DNA of 60,516 nucleotides, the filler included, from Sphacelaria rigidula (Eukaryota): NCBI GenBank assembly GCA_964200075.2. It is 7 parts of 7 records of this genome, joined end to end, with 100 filler letters (N's around TTAATTAATTAA, not from the genome) between each part and the next. Parts side by side here need not be neighbours in the genome. Positions count along the whole stretch, not along the records: positions 1 to 8,561 come from CAXNAA020010777.1; positions 8,662 to 17,222 come from CAXNAA020010778.1; 5 more parts are not named here. One strand, given 5' to 3'. The notes beneath the pieces were generated by a model. That model was not told the origin of the DNA, made no database searches, and saw only the letters and a list, made by a program, of their open reading frames with translations. Position 1 is the first letter of the stretch. Each line of letters opens with the position of its first letter. Made by a program: the position numbers and the translations under genes. Positions 1 through 11,030 of the stretch are shown here, piece by piece.

Positions 1-169
1 AAATGGTTCGGCAAAACCCCCGCTTGCTCAGCCCTGGCTTTGTAAAGGTGCGAAATCAGGGGGCCCCCCCCCCCCCCCCCGGGCTAAATATCTCCACCCC
101 CCCAGAGTTGGCGTCAATGGTCAAACGACTAAGGCAAGCAACAAATAAGTACGCCCCCCCTCCCCCAGC

Positions 170-659
170 CCCCAGGGTTGGCGTCGGTTGGCAATGACGC
201 TGTACAACACGCCACTCACCGCATGAGCTAGGCAACCAGGTGACCGTTTTTTCGGTTACTTGAGTTGTTTTTGCGGTCACCATGATGGTTTTCAAGCTAG
301 ATCGTATTGTGTGGGGTGGAGAAGCTGAACTTGAGGCACAGGAGATGATCAGACTACGTAGTGTTTTCATGGTAAAACACCTCTATGTGTGTAACCCATG
401 ACTGCCTCTGGAAGTGGCGATACCAGAAAATGGGGCAATCCGTTGTAGGCTGACATCCACATGCAAGATAACCAGTACGCTTCGGGCAGAACAATGGTAG
501 CAGGATGCGACTCGCCGAACACATCACAGCGCTTCGCGCTTGATTGATGGCGAACCCGGTCCGGCGAAAACCCGGTGTGCTCCGCCCCGATTTTGTAGGG
601 GTGCGAGGTCAATGGCCTTATGATTACGGCATGCAAGATCATGAGTACACCCCCCCCCC
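170..659 (+). repeat. Dispersed non-coding repeat ending in poly(C), longest copy
   Basis: 170-350 aligns with 31035-31220; 430-659 aligns with 52560-52809. The 3' motif GGTCAATGG...TATGA(C/T)TACGGCATGCAAGATCATGAGTACA-poly(C) recurs at 107-160, 3940-4017, 4039-4156 and, reversed, at 4981-5057, 43123-43200 and 51811-51858. Confidence 0.85.
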
Positions 660-1612
660 GCTGAATTCAAGCGGAGACCTGATCGTAAGGGACGCAAGAG
701 TATACATAGATACATATACACGGTTCCCCTTTGGGAGGTTGGTACGGGCCTCCCGCGGGTGACACAAGTCGAAAATATGTAGTGAAGATAAGCTACTATT
801 GTATCACAATGTACAGTAGTGATCGTGGCTGTACAAAACATTGCATGTGCATCGGATGTCGTTCGGAAATATGGGAATTCGGACGGAGGCCGACATCGGA
901 ACTGCCGGGGTAGGGCATGTGTGGTATACCCGAGGTGCCAGAGTGCGAAGTAGCTCTCGTGCCACAAAGACATGACAGCGGGAGGCACTTCCCGGGAAAT
1001 TGGAATGCGTGGAATATTCTTTGCATGTTCTTCGTACATCACTGTGGCCTTCACATCACCGGGCCTTTTTTTAAACGGGGTGATAGCTTTTTGCAGCAAA
1101 ACATCCCTGTGCTGCCGTGCTGCTGTGCCTTGTTCAAGTTGCCAACGGTCCATTGCACGGTCCTGCGTTAGCTGCTGACTAAGGCCAAGGAAATGTTCAA
1201 TTGTTTTCAACTGCTTTGCTCTCATGTTCTCGTGACATTAGCGGCATAGCCGGTGTGTTCGTGCTCCCAAATGAACGAGAACGCGACAAAGGGAAACACG
1301 GGGAAAAAATACCCGGCCAAAAGAAATCCTGCTCCAAGTTTTGCATGATCCAAAAGAGGCTTTTGTGGTTGGGGATTGACACTCCGCGAAAAAAGGCCAG
1401 CTTGAGCGACTTTCGGTGGCCAAAACGCGCGCCACGGGAATCAGATGGCGCCCAAACTTAAACGGTAATGTACCGCTGGACCTTCTCAGTGCGCTGCAAA
1501 AGGAAGCGTGGGAAAAAACGTCTTACCGCAAAAGAAAACTCAGCAAAAGTGGTGAAAAATGTGAAATGATACATGTACATATATAAATATTCGTTTGGCA
1601 CACATGAATAAA

Positions 1613-1713
1613 TACATACGTACATACATACATACATACATACATACATACATACATACATACACACATACATACATACAAACATACATACATACAAACA
1701 TACATACATACAT
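1613..1713. repeat. (TACA)n microsatellite
   Basis: Visible tandem TACA units with a few variants. Confidence 0.97.
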
Positions 1714-2798
1714 GCCCGAAGCTGAATCGGTATCAAAGACAGCAGCATTTGAAGATGCTCACTGGTGCAGATCATGACATCTCGTATTGAAGGGGGAAAC
1801 AGAGCATACTTACTACATACAAAAATACGTACATGAAACTTCAGCATGACATGGTAAAATTGTGGTGCACGTCGTGGGGCTATATATGTGCTACGCGACA
1901 TGTTCCTCATTTCTCCATGGACACACGAACTGCTGCGGTGGGATCTTGGTATTTTGCGGTGGGATGATTGCCCACGCTAACAGTTCACAGAGGTGCGTTC
2001 TCCGCCCATCACGGGTTGTTGAATACTCATCCCTACCGCGATGCCAATCTTTTCTCCTCACCCTATTCAAACGCAAAGATCAACCAATAAAGACACTCCA
2101 ATGTGAACAATATGCGAAGAAGGCTGATTAAAAAAAAAAAAGGAAAAATGGCATCTTTTACATCTACCTGGTACAGGAGAAGATAACTGATCACGACAAC
2201 CAGACAAGTCGGTACCCTACACAACAACGCGGTTGACAAGACGGCAATAAAAGCTTGACCGTTACTTTTTCAACACTTTTTATTTTATATGTTTTGTGCC
2301 TCCATTTGTGTTTCATAAGGCTACACGCTCAAGTTTTGTTTTGTGCCTATCAAAACGCTTTGCAGGCTACCGTACCCAACAAATTCACGGTGAAATGTAC
2401 TTATTTGATTGAAGACCTGACACAGGCATGGAATAGCTTCGGGCACCTGGTGCCATTATTCCCTCCATCTTCATGAGTCGTTCCTCAGCTTCTGCATGGT
2501 TTTTTCTGCTCTTATGTTCGAAGCCCCTTTATCGTCCGTGAGATATTTACACGGGAAAAATGTACGCTCAGCAACGAAAGCAGATCTCCGAAAGTGTATT
2601 TCATATATTGGATGTACTCGCTGTCGCACCGCCATCATATTTTCAATGTCTATACATATACACACAGTTAGTTGGGATTCTGCACACACGTTTCCTTCTC
2701 ACGCAATAGCTGGGTGGCGCTAAATACATACAACAATAACCTAATAATGATAAAATAGTAGGACCAAAAAACGGTGACCGTACTTGACTGTCCGTAGT

Positions 2799-3650
2799 CT
2801 AATGAAGTGTCGGTAGACGCTCAAGATTGATTTCTCCATTAATTGAGGCATTCTCATCGATCGGGGACGCTAAAAAATCGTCCCCGTCGTTGACGATTCC
2901 TCCTCGACCAACCCCCCCGGCCGCACCGCTCCACCCTCCCTGTCGCTCCTTGTGCTTGGAGTTTTGGGCATGTGCTGCACGATCTCGCCTCGACCCGACC
3001 TTTTGGAGCAAGACAACATTTCGGCGTTCCAACAAAAATAAAGTAACAGTATGCAGTACAGTACAGTAACGGGACTCAGCTTGACATAAACGTCGTATTG
3101 TAGGCCAGGCATCACACATATCTCACACCAGAATATTGCTCGAGGATCTTTGAACCTGTGCATGATAAAACGATCGAACGAACCACCCCTGGTTCGAGCC
3201 ATCAAATCTATAAATTCCTGAGGCCTGATTGCTGAAAAAGAGATGAAAACATTAAACGCGGGTTGGAGAAGTAGGTCTAGACAACTTTTGCCGCTATTTC
3301 ACGTGGCTGGGGTTGCACAGCCTGCCTGGGGGGCGAACGCCGAGAAATACAACCAAGGATTGATTCGTACGGTATGAATCAATTTCACTGCTAAGACCCA
3401 TACGTATTGACATTGTTATTTCGGAGATCGCTGAAATTGTCGAGATTGGCAAGGTACCCAATGACTGTCGAATGCTTGCGAGCGCCACGACGTATTCACA
3501 GGGAAGCTCTTCTAGGTGCTGTGTTGCAGTCCGATTTTTTCGGCCTTCTCCGAAAAATGAAGCTTCGGAGAAAAAGTCGAGTCTATTCGCTGTCGGATAG
3601 GCCTAAACGCAGAGTCCGAAAACTCTGAAAAATTCTGATCTCTCTCTCGT

Positions 3651-3681
<31 letters not shown>

Positions 3682-6600
3682 TACCGTGTCGATAATAATG
3701 TTTTATAGCTTGAAAAAAAAACTGAGGTCAAATGTCAGGTGCGTCACGGTGGAGGGATGGGACGATTTATTCCTTGAGACTAGGATTCGTTTTGAGGAAG
3801 TGGGCGCGTTCGAAAACTCCAAGAGAGATAGATAAAAATCCCCCCCCCCCCCACCACCAAAGCTTTTATGTATAATGTACGGAAGAAACATAATGAACAC
3901 CCAAATGTTGAAGGTGTCTCGATTAGGAGTAGGAACGATGCTCCGTCTCGAAATGGGTGCGTGGTCAATGGTCAAATGACCAAGGCGAGCAACAAGTCAG
4001 TATGTCCCCCCCCCCCCTTCGCACTCGGTGATTTATTGCGAGCCTGGTTCGGCGAAACCCGGCGTGCTCCGTCCCAGCTTTCGAGGTATGCGGGATCAGT
4101 GGTCTTATGACTACGGCATGCAAGATAGTGAGCTCGCCCCCCCCTCCCCCCCCCTCGCGTTAATTGATTTGATTTATTGATCGATTGTCCCAGTTCACCT
4201 GACCCCCCAGGGATCCAGCCGTGTTCACATGATAGACATACCCGAGTGTGGAGAAAAACGACGTTTTTTTTTCCACTCTTCATCCAGTCTCTGCACCTCT
4301 CAGAATTCGGAGTGTTTCACACTTCATAACTCGTTTGCACAAGGTCTGGACGGAGTCTACAGACAGTACCTCACCAAGAGCTTGGCACAGTAACGCCCAT
4401 CGTGGTTATGGTAGTGGATTGAAACCAAGTGTGCAGCACCGTTACCACGAGGCAGTCGTGGCATCCCTGCTTACCGCCTGCATCGCAGTGCAACTATTCC
4501 TTTGTGTTTTTCGTAAAAAAAAAAACTTCATGCGCTTGCGATGTTGTGGGTGACAGCGCGTTAACTTACTTAGACCCGTAGACACCCTCCCCCCCCCGGC
4601 CTGTTACTGAAAGATTCTGGAACCATCCGGTCACCGTGCGTGAGATATCAAAGTACGATGGCTTTTGATACTACAATATCGAAGATCTCGGGGTATTTTG
4701 TTTTTCTATTTTCTCGCCATCCTATTCGATGTAGTAACAATATGAAAAATCACAAGTATTCCGTCCATGCGTTTCTTTTACAGATTTACAGGCATGGTTG
4801 AATCATCACAAAGAGATGTGTGTGTGTGTGTGCGCGCGCGCGTGTGTGTATGTGTTCTTTTTCTTGTGAGGAAATCGCCATGCTATTGGTTAGTACAGTA
4901 GACGCGAAAAAAATGGGTACTCACTGTGCGTCGCCGTTTTCCGTCATTGAAGGGGCGGGGGGCGGGGGGCGGGAGGGGGTGGGGGGGGGGGGGGTACTCA
5001 TTTGTCGCTTGCATTAGTCGTTTGATCATTAATCACGCGTCCCTTTCGAGACGGAGTATGCAGGAGGGGCTCGTATCTTGTCCTTGTAGTCAGACCCCAA
5101 CAAGTATAGTCTTGGCTTCGGCTTGCTTGGTAGCGGTTCGCCTCACCTGCGCAGACCGCGTGGCGAGCTTAAGGTCTAGGGGCGAGCCACTTATCTGGTC
5201 CCGTGGCCAACCCTCGCTATTGAGCCCGACGTTCCTCCTGCTACCACCACCCGAGCTGTTTGCTGTGCTGCTACCCTCAATATCGTCGAAACCTGTTGAT
5301 GTGTCACGTTCATGTTCACGTACCGTATCGGTGTTTAAAATATGGAGTTACGACTGCCACACTCTACTACACACACATATACATGTGTGTGTGTAAGACC
5401 TCAGCTAATCGGTGGAATCCAGCATACAGTAAAACAAAAGAACGAGCCGAAACAAAAGAACGAGCCGAAGAAAACAATTGTGTGTGAGATTTTGACATCT
5501 ACAAGATAAGTGGAAATAATACTAACGTGATTCTGAGCTTTTGGGGGGGGAATATGTCAAACGGCTGCGATATTGTCCAGCAAAGCATACGCTGTGGTGG
5601 AACACGACTTATCTCCAGAAATATAATATGGTGTCGACATCATGAGGCAGCGCACGCACGCACACACTGCAACACTGCCGTTCAACGGATGCTTCGGGGT
5701 TTTTGTCTCTGTCATCATCCGCTCAAACGGACCGCAGGGCTATTGTTATTCCTGCCAATCATCTAACCGCCCGCAGGGGGAGAGCTCATAGTATGCGACC
5801 GTCCCTTTCGCCAGTGGAAGATATCACTGATTTACCGGAGGGACGCCACTCCCGCGCGCTTCAGACGTATTATTATAGTACCACCTTCTTATTATTTATT
5901 ATTTTTTATTTGTCGCACTGTGGACCCCTCCCGTTCCTCGGGACGAGTCTGTGGTCTAATTCTCTCAAGGGATCAAGCCATCTCCCCCGGTACACGCCTT
6001 GCGTTTTGGTCTCGCGGATTGGGACATGAATATCAGCACTCCCGCACCGCGTCAACTCACGTCAAACAAAACCCAGTCGACGAGTTCGTTTGCTCACGTT
6101 CTCACGCTTTCCACGGTGAAAACCACATACTACGAAGGAAAAATGCCAACGCATCGGGAATCGAACCCTCGTTCTCTCCACCCTCATGGCGACCGTCGGA
6201 CCACTACACCACCGGGGCGCGGCAACAACTACACAATCTACAGTCTATACAGCGGTCAAGGCTACGCAGTCGACGTGGTGCGGAAGGAAGGACTGATCCA
6301 ACCCGCGATATAGTGCCAAGACGTAAGGCGTATGATGTTAGAGGAGACACGAGCTGATACTTGGAGAAACTACGTACTTTTCCCGACAGAGGGGAGGGGT
6401 TAAAAACAATGCCACGACAGAAGGAAAAACAAAAAACTAAAATCAAGTGCATACATACCGTAGTCTGCTGCGTTTCCGCCCCTGGTGACCCCGACCAACG
6501 AAATAAGTCCACCTTCGCTGTTGGACTGACGCATTTTGAAACCGGCTTTCATCACGTACTTATCTCGAGATCGACCTCGTGTCCTGTATTGTTGAAGGAA

Positions 6601-7475
6601 TGAGCTGGTGCTACTCAGTAGCTACCGTCTGACACCGCGATCACAGAATTGCTAGGTAAATCTGCAAGTACAGCGAAGCTTTTCTTCACGACGTACTGTT
6701 CCTCACGCCATCTGCCGGGTACCTAGTGTTTATGTTGTTTGCTTTGTGTGGCGTTTAGAATGAGCGCCGGGGATACATACATACTATTCGTTGGGTGGTG
6801 TTTTGATTCAGTCCCAGGAATGTGGGATAGATTCTCGCCCGAGGTCGATATAATGTCATACGTTACGCTGTAGGTTGGGTTAACAGCACGTGTGTATTGA
6901 TGTTTCGGTGTGCGTGGATGTATGGGGGTGCGTGTTTGTCGTGTCCTCTGATCATAAAACGGAAGTAATCAAGGATATACATACACGTTACACACTTGAC
7001 ACATTTGAAAAAACATAACTTTGGGTCATTTAACGCTACGGAAGATTCGATTTTGTTGGACGGGACAAATGTAACGTAACGTGATGTGACGCGTGGTCCT
7101 CGAAGCAGTGTCTCCTCAAAAAAAGGATTTTTTTTCCAGATGTAAAAAAAGGCTGTTTTTGTGAATTTGTAACGTGTCACGTGTTACGTTACGTATTCAC
7201 AAAAGCAAGCAGAGATTTCGTCACATTTGGAGAGTGAAACGCTACGTTAGGGTTCATTCGAAGGACCACACGTTACATCACGTTTCGTTACATTTGTCCG
7301 ATCCGAAAAAAAAAAACCTTACGTAGCGTTAAATGACCCGAAGTTATATTTTTTCGAATGTGTCACGTTATAGTGTGACGTGTAACGTGTAGACCCCTGG
7401 AAATAATCGTGTGCGCTCACGGCACAGGGTGGGTCACAGAGATGCGGAAAACGAGGACATCCGCGACGACAAACG

Positions 7476-7534
<59 letters not shown>

Positions 7535-8314
7535 CCTTCTCACCCGGCTCTAGTGTACCTCGAAGAGTTGGTGCCGGACACCTGAAAAAGCAAAAGTCAA
7601 AACAGCAAAAACGAAAATGCACACGTAGGATGAGACGCAAACACGTTCGTTCACCTTCTCGATAACCTGTTATAATGAATGCAAGAGACAACGAAAACAG
7701 GCGTGATGACGTACTGACACTGGAAACGCACACGCGACCATTCGGTAACCCCCATGAAAAATCCCTTGTCGCGATTTTCATCCTCTCGAGGGTAAAATAC
7801 CCTCTACGCTGGAAGGTATTTCATTCCCAGGTGCGGTCATAAACGAATCCTCTGGAGGGCATCTGATGCTCCAGTGACTTCTGAGGTCTGAACCCCTCGG
7901 GAGTAACAAAAACGATGGTGCTCTGGAGGGCCGCGCATCTTCCAAGTTCCTTCGGAGGGATGCGCGGCCCTCCAGAGGCAAAACAAGCCTCCGGAGGGAG
8001 GGCGTTTGATCCCGCCCCCCCTGGAGGGCCGCGCACCCTCTGGAGGCGTTTAATTCCTCTGGAGGCTCGAAAGGTTGACTGCAACGGAATATTTTGGGGG
8101 GGGTAGCCGAATGGTCGCGTGTGCGCGAAGATGGCGTGTCGTCGACGTACAAGACATACATGGAGCATCGTTTTGTTTCAGCACCTGCGATTCGCCGAGC
8201 GACGTGATCGACCCCACGCTGCCGTCGTCTTCCACGCAGCTCCCGCCTAGCGAAGAGGCTGGCACCGGGGATCCTAGCTGACCCGCACTCGCCCCCCCGC
8301 TACCTACGCCGGTC
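2799..8314 (-). CDS. Putative 3' part of a spliced gene, low-complexity Gly/Ser-rich protein of unknown function; exons 8314-8185, 7581-7544, 6517-6459, 5292-5147, 2999-2799
   Basis: Five segments with AG/GT boundaries whose phases chain (2>0, 0>2, 2>1, 1>0, 0>stop) into one open frame: ...GSCVEDDGSVGSITSLGESQ-VSGTNSSRYTRAG-EGGLISLVGVTRGGNAADY-GFDDIEGSS...ATRSAQ-VGSRRD...LERLPTLH*. No homology recognised; the last acceptor (AAG) is weak. Confidence 0.5.
5889..6218 (-). mobile_element. tRNA-derived SINE (family A)
   Basis: The minus strand begins GCCCCGGTGGTGTAGTGG (A box), has GGTTCGATTCC (B box), then a unique body and ends CAGTGCGACAAATAAAAAATAATAAATAATAA (A-rich tail). Confidence 0.75.
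6982..7399. mobile_element. Foldback/MITE-like element with long inverted arms, hAT-like CAGGGG end
   Basis: 6982-7102 is the approximate reverse complement of 7260-7391, with many GTTACG/CGTAAC motifs. The right end ...GTGACGTGTAACGTGTAGACCCCTG recurs as GTGACGTGTAACGTGTAACCGTACCCCTG at 27173-27201. Confidence 0.7.
7476..7535. repeat. (CAA)n microsatellite
   Basis: Perfect tandem AAC units. Confidence 0.97.
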
Positions 8315-8492
8315 CTGAGTCGGATAAATCGGCACAGCAATTGCTGAAAATACATTCAAGCTAGGGTGGCGCGAACCCCAGTAATCAACGAGGTATATAT
8401 CAACATTAGAATGGAGAGATAGTGCAACGTCGAACCTCCGACAATGAGTTTTTCTACGATATCCCCCCCCCCTCCCCCCCCCCCGAAAAAAA

Positions 8493-8561
8493 CAAGAGAT
8501 GTATCCTGATGAACGTGATCGTACCACAGCTGGAATATGCAGGAGAAGTATGGGAGGGGAA
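8493..8561 (+). mobile_element. LINE reverse-transcriptase thumb fragment, cut by the contig end
   Basis: Translates KRCILMNVIVPQLEYAGEVWEG, matching the P.LEY...VW motif that follows the RT domain in non-LTR retrotransposons. Confidence 0.65.
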
Positions 8562-8661
8562 NNNNNNNNNNNNNNNNNNNNNNNNNNNNNNNNNNNNNNN
8601 NNNNNTTAATTAATTAANNNNNNNNNNNNNNNNNNNNNNNNNNNNNNNNNNNNNNNNNNNN
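8562..8661. other. Artificial contig linker (44 N + TTAATTAATTAA + 44 N); identical linkers at 17223-17322, 25884-25983, 34543-34642, 43201-43300, 51859-51958
   Basis: Six identical 100-nt spacers with stop codons in all frames separate contigs of non-increasing length (8561, 8561, 8561, 8559, 8558, 8558, 8558). This indicates concatenated, length-sorted contigs. Confidence 0.98.
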
Positions 8662-9077
8662 CTTTACTTCTCCAACTCCTCGCGACGTTAACATGCCTTG
8701 AGCTGGTCTTGTTTGCTGCAAACTGACCAGGCCTGCAGACTTCCCTATCTTGAAGTGTCAGCTGCTTTTCAGCGGATCTACCGCTAGTCAGCGGACTTAA
8801 TAAATGTTCATTGTAGACTTCTGTCACTCAAGATCAGATCGCCATGTGGACTCCTCCCATCACGGGGACATGGACCTCGGCAGCTTTAGTTATTCATATA
8901 GTAACCCTCAGCATAGTACATAAGAACAGGACCATAGGATCATAGCCTCTCTCCATCAGATTGGCAAAATCAAGCCTACTCGTCATGGAGGTCACCATCA
9001 CAGAGTCCGGCAATCAGACCCGCAACTCCACCTACAAATGTCCCTAGGTAACAATGGTGGCTAGAGCCTACACACCT

Positions 9078-9515
9078 CTATACGTCGAGCGGGCGGGGAC
9101 CAACATCGCCCGCCCTCGAGTTAACACAGTAAAGACACTGGCGGACGAATTCGCGCCACACATAAGTTACTATCCCCTGCCAGATACAAACCTCTTGCAA
9201 GCGCCCAAGTGTTGCAGCCACACCACGATGTCCGGTGTCGCGCATGTGCGCGCATATCATCAGACGTACCTGCAACTGATTGTTAGAACTCGGAATCCAC
9301 AAGACCTTTCGGCCACGCACATGCACACCAAACATACCTTTATTGTCCAAGATAGTACTGACGTCTGTCTCGAAAGATTGCACATCCGCATCTTCGGTCC
9401 CAAGGTCTTTTCGTTGCACTTGTCGAACAACAAATTTAGATGGCAACAAGTCATCAGGTTCACACGGACCATACACAGCCACAGCGCCACATGCAAAGCC
9501 GGAATATTGACCCAA
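9078..9515 (-). pseudogene. Gypsy pol fragment: integrase N-terminal H2C2 zinc finger
   Basis: VLWIPS...RLMICAHMRDTGHRGVAATLGRLQEVCIWQGI...FVRQCLYC carries H-x5-H...C-x2-C. The catalytic core is absent and the LTR follows immediately. Confidence 0.85.
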
Positions 9516-10190
9516 CGCGAGTCAGAGTGAGGCAGTTTTCAATACACTGCTGTGTGCTGAATATAATAAAGCTCGTATATTATTGTTCCCGCAAAAAGTG
9601 CGTAGGCTTGTATGTGACCAAGTATAACGTAAGTATTTCCAGAGGTTGAAGATAAAAGAAATCGTGCGCGAATACAGTGATCTTTTACTGTGGTAAATCT
9701 TTGATTGCTTGTCATGTGTTTGGATAAGCGCATAGAGAGTGCTTCCCGTCTGCAAAACGGAGAATGTGGATGGTGTGCCCATTTTTCTGGAAGGAGCACC
9801 GCATATTTGTTCTGAGTTGCGTCAGTTGGAAATGAGTCAAAACGTGCGGGCACGGTTGTAGGCAAAGTACGGTATCAAGCTTTGAGTGCATGGTATGATC
9901 GAATGCTACCGTTTGAAATGGTATTATACTCGGTGCGTTTGCTTTGTGTGAGCATGCCACGACTCGAAATTGCCGTTGAAGAATTATTGACTTCACTAAA
10001 TTCGATTGAGACGCTGTGTTCAAGTGTCGTTGTTAAGCGTTTTGCAAATGATCATTTTCTTTGTGAACATGACATAGCATGGTCATGTGTCACCAACAGG
10101 CGAACAAAGGTAGCATGAACGTGTTTGTCGGTGTCTACTGTTTTGTCAAACTCGGGTTCTACTTCGAGTAGTGCGGACTTTTGGGGGTGC

Positions 10191-10470
10191 TGTAGAGTAG
10201 TCCACCTCCAGTACACGCACGAGCAGGTTCATGATGATATACAAGTAGAACAATCTGCTGTAGGCGTTTTCTATTGGTTGACGGACTTGCGGGTCTGATC
10301 GGCAGACTATGTGGATTCGAACATCACATGCTTCACGAATGTGGTTACTTCCGATAACGAAGACTGTGTGTTTATGAATAACAACTGTCTTGAAGTCTCC
10401 AGGCCCTAGTGAGGGAGGAAGCCCTTGGAGCAATCTTGTGACCTTGTTCTGAGCCCAGGAGGGCTCTATA
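10191..10470 (+). mobile_element. LTR of a second family (family 2), nested in the family-1 element
   Basis: Termini TGTAGAG...CTCTA(T)A preceded by a short G-tract (GGGGGTGC). A near-identical inverted copy lies at 16998-17222. Confidence 0.7.
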
Positions 10471-10599
10471 TATCCCCTCGGGCAGACACATGCTCCTCGG
10501 TTTTTACAGTGCAAGCATTTGCCCTGTATCGTTGTTTCAAACGCGCAGCACCTGCTGCGCGTTCGGCGGGTGTACTGTCGTACCTGTCCCTTCGGGAAG

Positions 10600-11030
10600 A
10601 CACATGCTTCTCGGCTTTCAAAGTGCAATGCGCGCCACTGGATGGCGCATGCCTGCGCAACGCGAAAAGCCACTCATCGTCCTCAACATCATAATCATGC
10701 TTCAAGAACGTGTCACACAGACATTTCGCAATATGTTTCGGCATGAGCTCAGAAGCTGCTGCCACCTCAAAGAGGTTTGCCCACCGCGCGTTCACCTGAT
10801 CTACATGTCACAAATATTGCTCGTATTTGCGTAGAAACTCGGCCGATGTCTCGCTCGAAAACTTGCGGCCGTAGTACGGCATCTCCAGCGCCAGTACAGG
10901 AACAACACGACCATCGACGATGACATATTCCTGCGCCTCATTCATTTCGGTCAGCAGTTCAGCACTCCACACAGCCGTTTTGAAAAACGAAGTTGCCTCC
11001 CACTCACAGGAACAACAGCTAGCTATATCT
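10600..11030 (-). pseudogene. gag-like remnant of LTR family 1
   Basis: ORFs 10808-11068 and 10466-10795 are in the same frame split by one stop (...SAEFLRKYEQYL*HVDQVNARWANLFEV...) and lie just inside the 5' LTR. Confidence 0.55.

Noticed and set aside
540-580. Hammerhead ribozyme in the poly(C) element (TGATG...CGAAA)
   Set aside because: The CUGANGA core and stem II are not conserved among copies.
1458-1910. ORFs with MYVC/YIHT, poly-L/T/V (7319-7781) or poly-L/I (47723-48039) runs
   Set aside because: Translations of microsatellites.
6150-6218. tRNA genes at 6150-6218 (-) and 37377-37445 (+)
   Set aside because: A and B boxes are present but the acceptor and anticodon stems do not form a proper cloverleaf, and each continues into a SINE body and tail.
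7782-8065. CRISPR-like array
   Set aside because: The repeats are only ~10 nt, irregularly spaced and in both orientations; no cas genes; eukaryotic context.
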